In this document: positions 40,671 through 53,283 of the stretch, one piece after another
Layout: every line of letters begins with the position of its first letter
How positions within the stretch are numbered: position 1 is the stretch's first letter
From: the human T2T-CHM13v2.0 reference genome, Homo sapiens
DNA length: 64,000 bases
Assembly: GCF_009914755.1 (NCBI RefSeq)
Contig: NC_060935.1
Reading direction: 5' to 3' (one strand)
Made by a program: the position numbers and the translations under genes
The notes under the pieces: generated by a model
What the model was told of the DNA's origin: nothing
What the model saw: the letters and a program-made list of their open reading frames with translations, nothing else
The model's database searches: none

Positions 40671-42369
40671 GCTATGAGGATGCAGGGCATAAGAATGATA
40701 CAATGGACTTTGGGGACTTGGGAGAAAGAGTGGGAGGGGCTGAGGCATAAAAGACTACAAATATGGTGCAGTGTATACTGCTCGGGTCAAGGGTGCATGA
40801 AAATCTCACAAATCACCACCAAAGAACTTACTCATGTAACTAAACACCACCTGTACCCCAATAAGTTATGAAAAAAAATTTAAAAATAAAATAAAATGCA
40901 TGTAATATACCTAAAAAAAGAAGTGATTACATCATAAGGGCTCAGCCTTTATGAATGAATTAATGCTATTATTGTGGGAGTAGTCTAGTTATTTTGGGAA
41001 TGGGTTTCTGATAAAAGGATGAGTTTAGCCTCTTTTCTGTTTCTTGCAAATACTGTTTTTTCCTTCCACCTTCTGCCATGGAATTGCGTAGCAAGAAGAC
41101 CTTCACCAGACGCAGCCCCTCAGTCTCACACTTCTCAACCTCCATAACCATGAGCCAAATAAATTTCTGTCCGTTAAAAATTAACCAGTCTATGGTATTG
41201 TTATAGCAGCACAAAGTGTGCTAAGACAACATCTATTTCTCTCATCATACCCTACTTTGATTAAAACCTCTTGTCACCTAATTCATTTATTCTCTTCTAT
41301 TTCCAACATGTTTCCATTGAACGTTTAGTTTCAAAGTTTGCATTTTTATTACTCTTTGGTTCCTTTTCAAATTTGCCAGTTCTGTTTCATAGGGCATTTT
41401 TCATGTCATAGAGTCTACATTACTTTTTAAAGGTCGTTATTCATTTTAAGTATAATTATTCTATATAATCTTTCAAACTGCCATTCTATTATGTGAAATT
41501 TTTGATGTTCAAATCTTTCTGTTAGTTGCATATGCTGATTCTCAGTCATGGTAGACCACTTCCATGTGTATTTTGTCCATTTTTATTGTGAGCTCATATT
41601 TAGTAAAATTTTTTTCCCTGTGAAAATTCATTGCAGATCATACTGTGGGAGCAAAGTTCCAAAGCAGATAACATTTTCTTCAATCAGCAGTTCCCAGGGA
41701 TTTGTTGAGCAGGAACCTATTTTTATGTTAAGTTACTCACTTGGACTTTCTAGACAACAGGGTTATTAATAAATTTGGACCTCAAACTCAGGTAGTACGT
41801 AGACTCAGGTTTTCTAGTTTACCGAGAACATTTGCTTTTATCATCCAGAGCACAGGTAGCAGAAAATAAACCTCTTTATGGTTGCCCCGTGATCATAGGT
41901 TACTTCTTTTTCTCATTTCACATATTCATTGGGTGTGTGCATTTTGAGTTGATCTTGGTTTTATGCATAGATCTCAATTTCACTTCTCTGCCTTGTGTGA
42001 ACACAAGGTTACCAAGACAAAAATCTCTCCCATTCCACCCCCTCCAGGGCATTTGCAGCATCAGTCAAACTAGTCCCTGGGTCCTAGTTTTCTCATTCAT
42101 GTAAAAACATTTTTCTTGAGAAAGAAAACAAGATTGTTTTTGTTTAAATATTAAACATTTCTAGATGACTCTAGTGGAAGATTTTCAGATTATGATTTAC
42201 CATTTTTCTAAAACCACAAGGCACACTTCTTCTTCCATAATGACCGTGCTTCCCATTAGATAGGTAATCAAATGGCAGCAAAAGTGCCCTTTTGTTTTAA
42301 CTGGGTCATTTCTACCTTTGTAAACTTCAACACTTGATCGCAATTGTCTCCATCCACCTTTGATTTTAT

Positions 42370-42900
42370 TTTTTAGCAAAGTTCTTTTAGTTGTAAGTAT
42401 CAAAAACAAACAAGCAAAATTTGAAACAAAGCTACTTAAGCTTGGGTGAAGGTGGGGATTATTCCAAAGACACAGGAATATTTTAAGGACATGGAGGCGG
42501 AGCAGTTGAGTCTCAGAACGGACTAGAAAGCTGTCAGGTGCCTCTCTCTGCACATCTGCCTTTTTCTTCTCCACCTTCCTTCAGATTGGTCTCCCCACTT
42601 CATGTGCACATGGCCAAACATGGCTACCATACAGCTCACCAGTTTGCTGTTCCTCTGTTCAAGGGACCATCTCAGATTGAAACTAACCTCTTGGTCTCCT
42701 TTCCCAACTCCTAGGGAAAGGATTGGATTGGTCCTCCTGGGTCAGGAGTCTAACTGGGTCCTGTGACCTAGGGATGAGGGATCGGGGATACATAATATAA
42801 AGAGTTTCTGGACCACACTCCTGTATCAGGCAGTAGTTGAAGAGCAGGGTGACCAAGGATTGGGAAGGCACACCAAAGATAGTTATTACATTCCTAAGCA
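42370..42900 (-). mobile_element. Old MaLR LTR (MLT1K/J-like)
   Basis: ttcttttagttgtaagtatcaaaaac...ctagggaaaggattggattggtcc...gggtcagg, similar to the 3115 copy. Confidence 0.6.
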
Positions 42901-43195
42901 GAAGTGTCATCCTCCACATCATTTTTCAGAGTGAACCAGAGTTTGACAGAGGGCATCAATGAATAGAGGTAGAGAAGGGTCTTAGCAGATGCCATTAGCC
43001 TCTAATTATGATGGAGCATTTCCACATAAGAGAAAGAATAATGATCCAGAAACAAGTGGAGAACTAGGAGGACTTTGAGCCCCAGCCCCTCCCTTATGTA
43101 GATGACACTAGGTGAGTGGGAGAATAAAAGAGTATCTCATGGAGAGGACACAGAGGAAGCCCTGACCACCAGGGGGAAGCTGAGTGTTTAATTAG

Positions 43196-43556
<361 letters not shown>

Positions 43557-44439
43557 TAAACAATTAATTAGGTCTGGATTGGAAATAAGTTAACACCCAC
43601 AGGGCAGCTGCCAGGTGAGGGCTGGGGTGAAGAGCTGTTTGGGAAGAATTTGCAGGTACACGTGAGCTGAGATGTGGTGAGACAGAGATGGACACAACTG
43701 CTGAGGGCTGCCTCCCTGTTGAATCTGGAGCTGGCCAAGGTGCTCAGGGGTTATTGGATTTTATTTCCTTTGAACATATCTTTTATTCTCTACCTCTTTT
43801 TTTCTACTCTTTTCTTTCAGTTTATAGCAACCCATCTTTAAGATCCAGTTCATATTCCACTTCTCTTGTGAGGCCTTTCCTGACCACCCTAATCTCCAGC
43901 AACCTCACCTGCCTCCTGTGGTCCTCCTCGTCTGCTCCATTCACTCGGTGGTGAACCATGCCCTGCCTCGTGCTGTTCTCCTGAGCTGCTCCTGTTCTCC
44001 TCTGTTATTACTGAACAATCCGTGGTTCACCTCATGTTTTACCAAAAGGACTGAAAGATCAAGGAGGTGGAAACACAACTTGTACTTTCTTTTATCTGTG
44101 GTAGCATTGTAGATAGTGGCCCTCATGTAGCAGGTATTTAATGTGTGTTTATGAGCTTTGGCAAATCACTCTGCGACATTTAGTTTATCTAATTGTCAAC
44201 AAAAGCTAATAACATCGACTATCCATTCACTTATTCTGTCTTTTGGGAGATGTTTCTTGAGCACCTACTCTGTATAAGGGTGAGTTTGTGGAGTGAAAAC
44301 TTATTAACGGGATCGCTAGAATCAGCAAATAAGATAAAAAACAGTAAAAAATGCCATGCAAAGCAGGAAGCACTGAGGAAAGAAAGACGTTATTTAAACA
44401 TTCACATTTAGACATTGGAACATTAACTAAATTATTTCA

Positions 44440-44640
44440 TAAGCTCCCTCCTGAGTTCCCGTAGCACTCTGAGCATACAGTACCTATATTACAGCACTTA
44501 CCACATTGTATTATAGTTATTTGTGTCTGTTTCCATCTCTGCCCCAGACTGTGAGCTTCAACACGGAATCTCCAGCACTAAGCACAGTGCCTGCCATATA
44601 ATGGGCCTCAGTAAATATTTTAAATAAATTAATGAGTAAA
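44440..44640 (+). mobile_element. L2 3' end
   Basis: gactgtgagctt...agcacagtgcctgccatataatgggcctcagtaaatattt. Confidence 0.75.
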
Positions 44641-45599
44641 ATAAAATCAGCATCCAATGGTTCTCACACTACAAAAATGTACTCAGACAACAAGCACACT
44701 GAGGAAAATTCTGTCCTAGGACTCTTGTGGAGAGGGTAACAAATAGAAAACAAAATATAGATTTTCCCTTGAAGGAGCTTATAAATGGAATGGAAAACAG
44801 AGCGCATGCCTTTGAACATGTCTAAAGATGATGTATCCAATTACCTAAAAGCAGTCACATTTTCAAATTCTGACAGATGTTGATGGATGTCAGAAAAACC
44901 ATAGAGGCAGGAGATGTTCATTGGGGTGCTTCCTGGAGAAACAAGAAATTAATGGGAGGCCTTGGCAAGATAAACAAAATTCACAGAATTCCCCACACTA
45001 TGGGTGGAGAGGGGGAGTGGGCCACTGACTATTTGCAAAGATATCTGAGAGCCCATAGTGCTTGCAAGAGATGTTCTGTTCCTCTGTTGGAGACACACAC
45101 CCAACACACAGGCTTGTGCACACACACACACACAGGCATACACTCATATCTGTGGCTAGAGGGGTGGGGTGATGGGCTTGAAGTGCTTCCCCTCTTTGGA
45201 GAGAAATCCTCTCTCCTCAAGTGCTTCTCTGTTTGCTTTCACGTCAACCCTTTGAAGGCAGCAGCTTTGCTGATCTCAAGAGCTCTCTCCTGGGGCTGTA
45301 CTCACTCCGCAAGTGCCCCCATTTCCAGGATGTGACACAGAACTCATTCGATTACGAGTCTTTGTTCCAATCCCTTTGATCATCTTAGGAACAGGTAATT
45401 TGAGTAGGTCAGCAGAGGGCAGAGCAAGGGGGACAATTGTTTATCTACCTCAAGGTTGGAGGTGGGAAGCACAGACACCTGCTACTGGGGGTGGTGGTGC
45501 TGGTGGGCGGTGAGGAGGCTTTGAGCCTAGCTCACAATCTGCCTTCATCAAACAACATCCAGAAATGTGGCCTCAGTCCTCACCCTACAATAGGAACTC

Positions 45600-46011
45600 C
45601 ATGTTCATTGATTCAACAAATGTTTATTATACTACTATGATATGCTAGCTATTATTCTAGGTGCTAAAATTATATTCTAGGAATATGACTTTAAACAAAA
45701 GAAAAAAGTTAACTGGTGTCATGAAGATTATATTCAAGTAGGAAAAATAAAGAAAATCTGCAACTTTATTTTATACAAGACAATGTATGGCTACTAAGAG
45801 AATAAACAGTGATATAGAGAGAGAGGTCCAGGAAGATCTCCCTGAAGTGGAAATAGTTGAGCCAATACTTAAAGGGCAGTAAGGGACCGGCCATATCAAG
45901 AACTAAGGAAAGGGTATTCCAGGGAGAGAGAACTGCAAGCTCAAAGCTGCTGAGGCAGGGACAAGACTGGAAACTCTAAGATGTGTGCACGTGCTGGCAC
46001 ACATAGGCGCG

Positions 46012-46066
<55 letters not shown>

Positions 46067-46225
46067 GCCTAACGCAGGGAGTGAGAGGGCATTAAGGAGG
46101 AGAATTAAGACAGAAGATCGCAAGGCCAGATCACACAGGCTTAGTAACTATGGTAATGCACTGGGATCTTATTCCAAGTGTAACGAGAAGCCATTGAACC
46201 ATTTGAATCAGAGAAATGATGTGAT
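45600..46225 (-). mobile_element. L2 3' portion
   Basis: ttcattgattcaacaaatgtttatt...tattccagggagagagaactgcaag...gagaagccattgaa. Confidence 0.75.
46007..46064. repeat. (GC)7(AC)22 compound microsatellite
   Basis: Seen directly: 58 bp of uninterrupted purine/pyrimidine alternation. Confidence 0.98.
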
Positions 46226-49200
46226 GACCCGCTGACCCCCAGAAAGGCTTGATATCTGGCCTGTCTCATGGGAGGTGGCAGCTATTGTGCAAAATCTTAA
46301 GAGTAGTGGAACTTCCCATGTGAGCGCAGACTCCTCCCCTCTCCTGAAACATGGAATTTGCCCATAGAGAAGTTGGCCACCATCCTGAACGAGTGCTTTA
46401 ACATATATCGAACTGGAAAGTCCAGAAAGTTGAGGCTACCTCTTTTGTGTGGGCTCCTTAAAAACTCAGGCCGATGAGGGGATAGAAGACTGATTAAAAC
46501 TGTCTCATGGGGGTCACTTAAAATCACTAAGGCCACCTCAAAATTATTCCAGACACGCTGGTTCTTATTCCACATTGAATTTCTTTCTAATATGCATCTT
46601 CTTTTGTTGATGTACCCCACTGGTTTCCCCTCTGGGATTTTCCCATTGTCTAGTCCAAACTCCTCACCTTATGACTTATCCCAACTTCTTCCTCACCTAG
46701 AAGGCACCTTACAGAACATTTAATCCAATCTGCTTAGTTTATTGATGAGTAAATGGAGATCCAAGGAAGGGAAGTGACTTGATAAAAATCATTCAATCCA
46801 GGTCTTTCAGTCCCAATCTTATCTCCTTCCAGTATTCTTAGTTAGCCTGAAGATGGACAAATTAGGTAAATTTAGACTGGTATTGTGGTTCAGAAAAAAA
46901 AACCCCAAATAAACCACAGTTAATGCAAAGTTCCCAGCATCGAGAGTCTGGAAAATGAAAAGACGGGAGTCACTGGAAATCTCCTTGAGCTCTAGAATCT
47001 GAAAGTCAGAACCTCCAAAATAATCAGGGGCCAGAGGGGGCACTGATGGGGGTGAAAATCCCATGGATGTTTTTACATCTGCAGGTGGTTTCAGGTGAAA
47101 TATCAGCAGTTGGGGGAGGGGACCGACAGCAAGTGTTTGCTCTTAATTCACAGGAGCCAGGTGGCTCACCCTGGGGCCAGGGAAGATAGGTGCAGGGGCA
47201 GGGGAGGGCCAGCTCTCTTTGAGGGGTGAAGGGGATGGGCCCTGGTAATCCAATATCCTCTCGGCGCCACTGAGCGCTCCAGCCCAAATCCATCACTGTA
47301 AATGAACCAGGTGACAGGATTAAATATCCCCTAATTGCAGTCCCCCGGGAGGGGCTGTGCCAGCTGTCTCTTCCACATGCCTAGCCCAGCAGATGGGAGA
47401 TCAGATATCAAAGGGTCACTTCTGACAGGACAGGAGGCAGCCTGGGTCCTGGCCACCTGGGCCAAGTGGAAGGAGGGACTGAGGGCAGATTGGGGTGCTC
47501 AAATGTGTCTGAAAAACAGAATTATTTAGTACTGTCTGGCCCCTTGGCTCCTTTGTAGTAAGGTCTGCACGACTCCATGGCTGCAACTTATTTGTCCTCC
47601 TCATTGCCAGGACAGGATCTGGGCTCCTGCCTCTTGTCCTCCCGCCATCTGAAACTTGCTGCTAGAGATGGATTTGTGTCACAGAAAATTGGATACAGCC
47701 GAGGGTATGCAGGAGGTCACCTGCTCCCGCCCCTGCCTCTAGGCAAGCCTGCGTCTCACTGAACTCTAAGAGGCAAAAATTTCTCATCTTTCCTTCCAGC
47801 ACTCTCAGGAATGATATTCTATAGTTTTGCTTGGTTGTGTATTCCAGCATTCTAAGCTTAAATATACGGCACTTTCTCCAAATTTACTGAGGATTGAGCA
47901 AGAAGAAATGCAACTTACATTTCAGCTCAAGAAATGGACTTCAGTGCTAAGTAAAAGCTCCTGGCCACGGGAGGATGTATGGGGGTTCTCACTTGGCTGG
48001 GCTGAGAATGCCCCTGGCAGGGGGCAGTTCAGGGTGACTTCTGATAGGCTCTCTGCCCTTTCTTTCCTCTAAGACCTTTTCATTTGGGAAGCTCTGCCAC
48101 CATCTCACCTCAACACTACTCTACCAAACTACAACACTACCAAAACTGGCTCCCATCAAAGGGCTCTGTGCAGTTCTGTGGGAATAAGATGTATTTTCAT
48201 TTCACCGAAATCATGATATTGCAAAATCATCAGGAGCGAGTGTGAGACAAGAATAGCTCCCCATCCAGAAAGTCCGGACCACAAGGCAAGGTAAAAATTT
48301 GCTTGCCAAACCTCACTGAGGCTCAGGTAAAAAGTAAAAACAGCCATCAAAAAGGCCACTCAGGGCCCACCACGAGAAGACTGCAAAAGGCTCCAGTGAC
48401 CTTTGAAGCAACACGATTATTGAAAATGATAAGACTTCACTGGGGCGGGTTAGCAGGGGACAGGGGAAGGTCCTCAGTTCAGTTTTCTTTGGTGAAGCTA
48501 GAGAGCTCCAGGTCATCAGGCCCTAGACCGAGGAGAGAGTCTGATGCCGGTCCAGCTCTAACTGATTGCTTTTCTTTTGCATTTGTTCATTCACTAATTT
48601 AACAAATACAGTATTTTCAAGGTTCTCCTATAGAAATATGCTAAGGGGTACAAAGGTGATAAAAACTGATACTGTCTTCACCCTAGGGATCATGTGCCTG
48701 TTCAATTTGCAAAGTCAGTCACTGCATTGCTCTGAAGTTCAACTTTATCATCCATCAAACGGAAGTTGTGACATCTACCCCAGGTTCTTCATAGTGTTGT
48801 TGAGAGGTGGTTCACACGTGATGACTGAGGGAAAAGTGCTCTGGAAAAGCTCTTTTGCAGGCGAATAGAAGTGTGCAGTATTTGGAGTATTGCTTTAGCT
48901 CTGAGAACAATGTGGCTAAGTCACCAGGGAGCTGACTTAGACCTCCTTCCCTTTCTTCCTTTGATTTTCCCCTCCTCTTTCTCAAGCGCTAAACAGAGAC
49001 TTAGTCCAAAGAGAACCAACCCATGCTTGATGATAAAAGGAACAATGGGATTTCTGGGTCATCCTCTGGGCCCACAGACAGGAGGGCTGCAGTCCAGGAT
49101 GCCAGACAAACCAGGTTATTTTGGAGCAAGCCAGCAGCAGAACTGTAGGCTGAGAACAAAGGATTTGGCCCATGTCCATATCCCTGCAGGGGTCACGTAC

Positions 49201-49351
49201 CAGCTGAACACATCAGCCTTTAGTTATGTTCCCATTTTAGGAAAACCAGAAATAGGGAATCTCAACATAATTTCCCACTCTGAAAACCACAGTTGGTGGG
49301 AGAAACATGGTTCCTGGTCATGGCTGATAGATAGGGTGTTTCCATATAAAC

Positions 49352-49492
49352 CAGTGGCCCAAATGTTGGAATTACCTGGGAAATCTGTCAACATATAGGC
49401 ATTCAACTTCCACCATGAGAAATTCTGATTTTGAAGGGTTGGGGTTGAGCCTGGGAAGTGATTCTGATGCACAGAGAGCTTGAGAACCTCAT
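49352..49492. mobile_element. MER5-family MITE
   Basis: ggaattacctgggaa...aattctgatt...gtgattctgatgcacag...ttgagaacc. Confidence 0.65.
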
Positions 49493-49849
49493 CTATAGAC
49501 GATCGGCATGGGCCACTATCTTGTCTGCTTTTGTTATACGTTTTGGAAAAAGTACAAGGCCTGGCACAGAGTAGGCACTCAATACATGTTTCTCGACTGA
49601 ATATATTAACATATACCCAAATACACTCAAAGAAAAAGCAATACATGGCACAAGTCAAAAATTTTCTAAGGCTTAGAGGTCCTCTAAAATTCACTTGGAT
49701 CTGACTGTCTTTCTGACTTCCAATTCTCAGGGTACAAAATTGAGGAACCTAGATTTGAGTTTCTTGTGTTTTGCTTCCATTGGAACAAAACAGAACCAAT
49801 ATAAAAATGGTTTTTCTTGTTTCTTTTCTCATCACATATTATAATTATT

Positions 49850-50085
49850 ATTATTGCCTTATCAGTAATAACAGTAATAATAAATTATTTTACTTTCATT
49901 GTCTCATTTCCTCATTGTGGATCTTATGAAAGAGATAAAGAATTATTATCCCCACTTTACAAATGAAAAACAAAATGTGTAGAAAGGTCATGTATCATAT
50001 CTACCCTGCGATTCACACGATTGGAAAATAGCAGGATGAGACTCAAACCTCCTCACTCACAATCTGATGTTCTTAGCACTAGACA
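49850..50085 (-). mobile_element. MIR
   Basis: attattatcccactttacaaatgaaaaac...ggatgagactcaaacc. Confidence 0.65.
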
Positions 50086-52075
50086 AAGCTTGCAAAAGAA
50101 CCGCTACAAATCTGCTTCCAGTGAGCTCCCACCTATGTCATTCCAATGTGCAAAATAGGACTGAAATCATCCACAAATCACTGGGGTGTGTTCCTTTTCC
50201 AAAGAATCCCTTTTTACAAAAGTTCTTCATCTTATGTGGGATCATTAAGAGGTTGAGTAAGACAGATAATGTAAAGAATCACTCACTGCTAACTGAAATG
50301 CAGGGAAATCATTTCTGAAATTATAATGTAAGTTAATAGAAAAGAAAGGAATTTGTTCTGCAAAAATCTGGCCTATGTGTGACTTTAGGAGTGTACCTAT
50401 TGCAGAAAAGTCAGGTAAATGTGTGCACTCATATACCAGGCTTCTATAAGAAATCCAGTCCTGAATTGAAAATAAATTGATAAATAAGCTGCTTTTCCCT
50501 TCTGTTCTCCTGGAGCCAGGTCCTCATGCTATTAGAACATTCCAGCATCGCAGCAACTGTCCTCAGTCAGACCACAGGCTCATGTATTTTCAACCAGGCA
50601 ACTTGGACTGAAAGAAGCTTTCAATGGAGCCCAACAAAATCATCACAGCCTTAGACTGGATCTAGATGATGCCCAAGAATAAAAAGTAAAGGCAATGTTC
50701 TGAATATTTTAAACTTTTACACTTTTAAAATGTCGTTCACTTCAAATACAAAGATAATGACTGAATATTTAGCCCAACCTTTTACCCTACATATTTTAAG
50801 CAATGCCTAATTTATGACTTTTCTTAACTCCTGTCTGATCAATTCATCCTGAAGTCAATTTGATTAAATAGCCAAATAAAAGATACTTTATTTTAATGTC
50901 TCGTTATTCCAAGGAATGAGACAACTGACAAAATAGACTGATAATCTTCACAATGGGACTCTGAGTCTGTAGAAAGATGGGGTAGGAACTAGGAAGTCAC
51001 CAGCTTCCCGATATGGAGCTGCTTGCTATGAGTCAAGACCGAAGCAGACATGAGCAGAGCACAGGTGTCCTTATTCTCTGTAGGTGTCTCTAAGGCTCAG
51101 ACAGAGGGACAATTCTTGTCCCTGAAGAATCTTGATTGCCTTATGAAGCAGCTTGGCTTCCCTCCAGCCCTCTCTCCCCCCGTCCCTTCTCCTACCCTTA
51201 GCCTCCAGGTCCCTGTCAGTTCTAACAGGGAGTGGGGATTGGTCAGGCCATTCATTGGTTCTGAAGTTTCTTCTACTTAAACCAATTTGTTAGGTACTTC
51301 GTGATTTACAGCCACAGTGGAAAATGGGGCTGGGTATTGATTCTTGGCCTTTTCTATTGCAAATGGGTGTAATGTTTTATAGTATGTCAGAATAATAGCA
51401 GTGGGCACTCTATCAATGTCAAATGTTAAAAATGATCAGCTATTGTGATGTAGGAGATTAAATATGAAAGCTTGATGGGTATATAAAAGTGAAATGGCAA
51501 TAATAAAGGGATTTTTATGTTCTGCTCATTGCTCTCTGGAATCCACCTGGGGAACTATTAGAGCTAATTGTGCTGATCAGTGACATATCACCATGGGTTA
51601 AAGGACAGGACAGGTGTGTCCCTCCGCAGGTGCTGTTTGGCCTGGCAAAATGGAATGAGAGAACTAGGGTAGAGAGGTTGAAGTTCATATGGCCGTACCT
51701 TTGGGAGCTTGAGTCTAATTCCCCAGGTGACTAGAAAGAAAAGGTACAAGGCAACCGAGAGCCAATCAGAAGTGCCAGAGGTCACTATGACCCTTCTCTG
51801 CTGCAATGACGGCTCCATCTCTAAAGCTAGTGGAGAGAATCCATCCCCTCCTGTAAGGTACCCTGAGATGACAATCCTATTCTATACAACAAGACCAGAC
51901 CTCATTGGCCATCTTACATAGTCAACTTTCTCAGGGAATTGAGGCCCAGAGAAGTAGAGATATGTCCAAGGCCAGCAGATGAGTAGCAGAGGTGGACCAA
52001 ACCAAGGCCAAGGCAGGGCAACCCCATCTGCCCTCAGCTGCAATAGGTGTCTGAAGCTGTCATGATCCTCTAGAT

Positions 52076-52382
52076 CAGTGCTGGCCAATATAAAAATACA
52101 GAGATCCACACATGTTTTTTAAATGTTCTTACAGCCACATTTAAAAAGTAAAATCAAGCAGGTTAGGTTAACTTTAACAATATATTTTATTTAACCTAAC
52201 ATGGATGAAATTATATTCTTTCAATATGTAATCAATATAAAATTATTGAGATGCTTTATATTCTTTGTTTCATACAGTCTGTGGGTGTATTTTGCACTTA
52301 ACAGCACAGCTCAATTAGGACGAGCCACATTTCAAGTGCTCAATAGCCCCATGTAGCTACTAGCTATGTATTGTAAGTGTGC
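52076..52382. mobile_element. MER33 hAT-Charlie element
   Basis: cagtgctggccaata...gccacatttaaaaagtaaaa...aatatattttatttaacc...gccacatttcaagtgctcaatagcc. Confidence 0.85.
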
Positions 52383-53263
52383 CTCAACTGATACGTGCAG
52401 GGCAGGGAAAGGTATACATATGCCCTAGGGAAGCATTGTGTAGTTTGAAAAAGCAAAGAAATCCTAAAATATACTTAGAACACACACAAAAAATCTAGTT
52501 TATAAACACAAATTACAGACAGCAAACTTTGACAAAATCTTAATGAAGAGACTCTGAAGAAGAACTGTCAATCACATATGAGGGCTTCTCAGTGAGGTAT
52601 GAAAGTTGTATTAGAATTTCTAGGGCTTTTAAAGGGTCTGGGATTTTTTAATGTTTACCAAAACATAAAAAAGCATGGATTTACAAAGACTAAGGAACAT
52701 ACTAGCCCTTTGGGGAAGAGCAGCTTCTCAGATGATGTTTTTGTCATCCTAAGTTATCAAACTCATTTCCTGAGAGAAGAAGAAAGTACAAGGACTGCAT
52801 AGTCTTATGTGAAGGTGAAATTAAGTCTTAGATTTTATGTAGGACACCCAGTTAACTCTTGGAGGCATCCACATGCTGGAGTCATGGGTGGCCCTATCTC
52901 AAACACACAGGCAATGGGCAATCTTGTCGAATATTTTTGGATGGGTCCATCTATGTCCTGAAGCTTTCACTGGGTACACCAAGCATGGGGGAAAGAGAAG
53001 TCATGGTTCCCTGCTAAAATCTGGAGTTCTGGCCTGTCTGGCCCTGAACACCATGGCCAATGAGTAGGGAGGCAGGAGCTGGGGAAGAGCAGATACCAGG
53101 GTGCAGTTCAGCGCTCTCAGTGTTGCCGTTTCCAGGAGCAAGCAGACCATATAATGCACACAAAGCCAGCCTGAGAACTAACACCAGGTCCCTTTCAGCC
53201 AGAGACAGGTTGTCACTCTGACAGCTCTCAAGCCAATCAGCAGGGTAAATTAAGGTGTCCTTC

Positions 53264-53283
53264 TTTTTTTTTTTTTTTTTTTT
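53264..53283. repeat. T20 homopolymer in unique sequence
   Basis: Seen directly. Not attached to a recognisable SINE or LINE. Confidence 0.95.

Larger units (their letters stand above)
34404..40917 (+). mobile_element. Full-length (~6.5 kb) L1PB1, inactive
   Basis: L1PBa1-type 5' end cggatcatggtggacaggaggcgggactagattgcagctcc and L1PB1 3'UTR aaaagactacaaatatggtgcagtgtatactgctcggg. TSD aagagatgat (34394-34403) / aagaagtgat (40918-40927) at a TT|AAGA endonuclease site. Confidence 0.92.
34320..41228 (+). mobile_element. MSTC-like MaLR solo LTR split by L1PB1 (34320-34403 and 40918-41228)
   Basis: Starts tgctatggtttgattgtgttccccaaagttcatgtg and ends tggtattgttatagcagcacaaagtgtgctaagaca. 5-bp TSD tcatc / acatc. 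Confidence 0.85.
33300..42220 (-). mobile_element. Very old L1M/HAL1-like element split by MSTC (pieces ~33300-34319 and 41229-42220)
   Basis: T-rich antisense ORF1-like text on both sides of the LTR (ctttatttctccttcactttttgaatgacagttt, ttctggaactcctatt). Confidence 0.5.

Noticed and set aside
44877-45335. 152-aa ATG ORF preceded by an AG
   Set aside because: No recognisable homology, it includes CA-repeat-encoded THTH, and it is consistent with a chance ORF.
48871-49694. Overlapping 175-aa (+) and 156-aa (-) ORFs
   Set aside because: Both have non-ATG starts, extend into a MER5 element, and show no domain signal.
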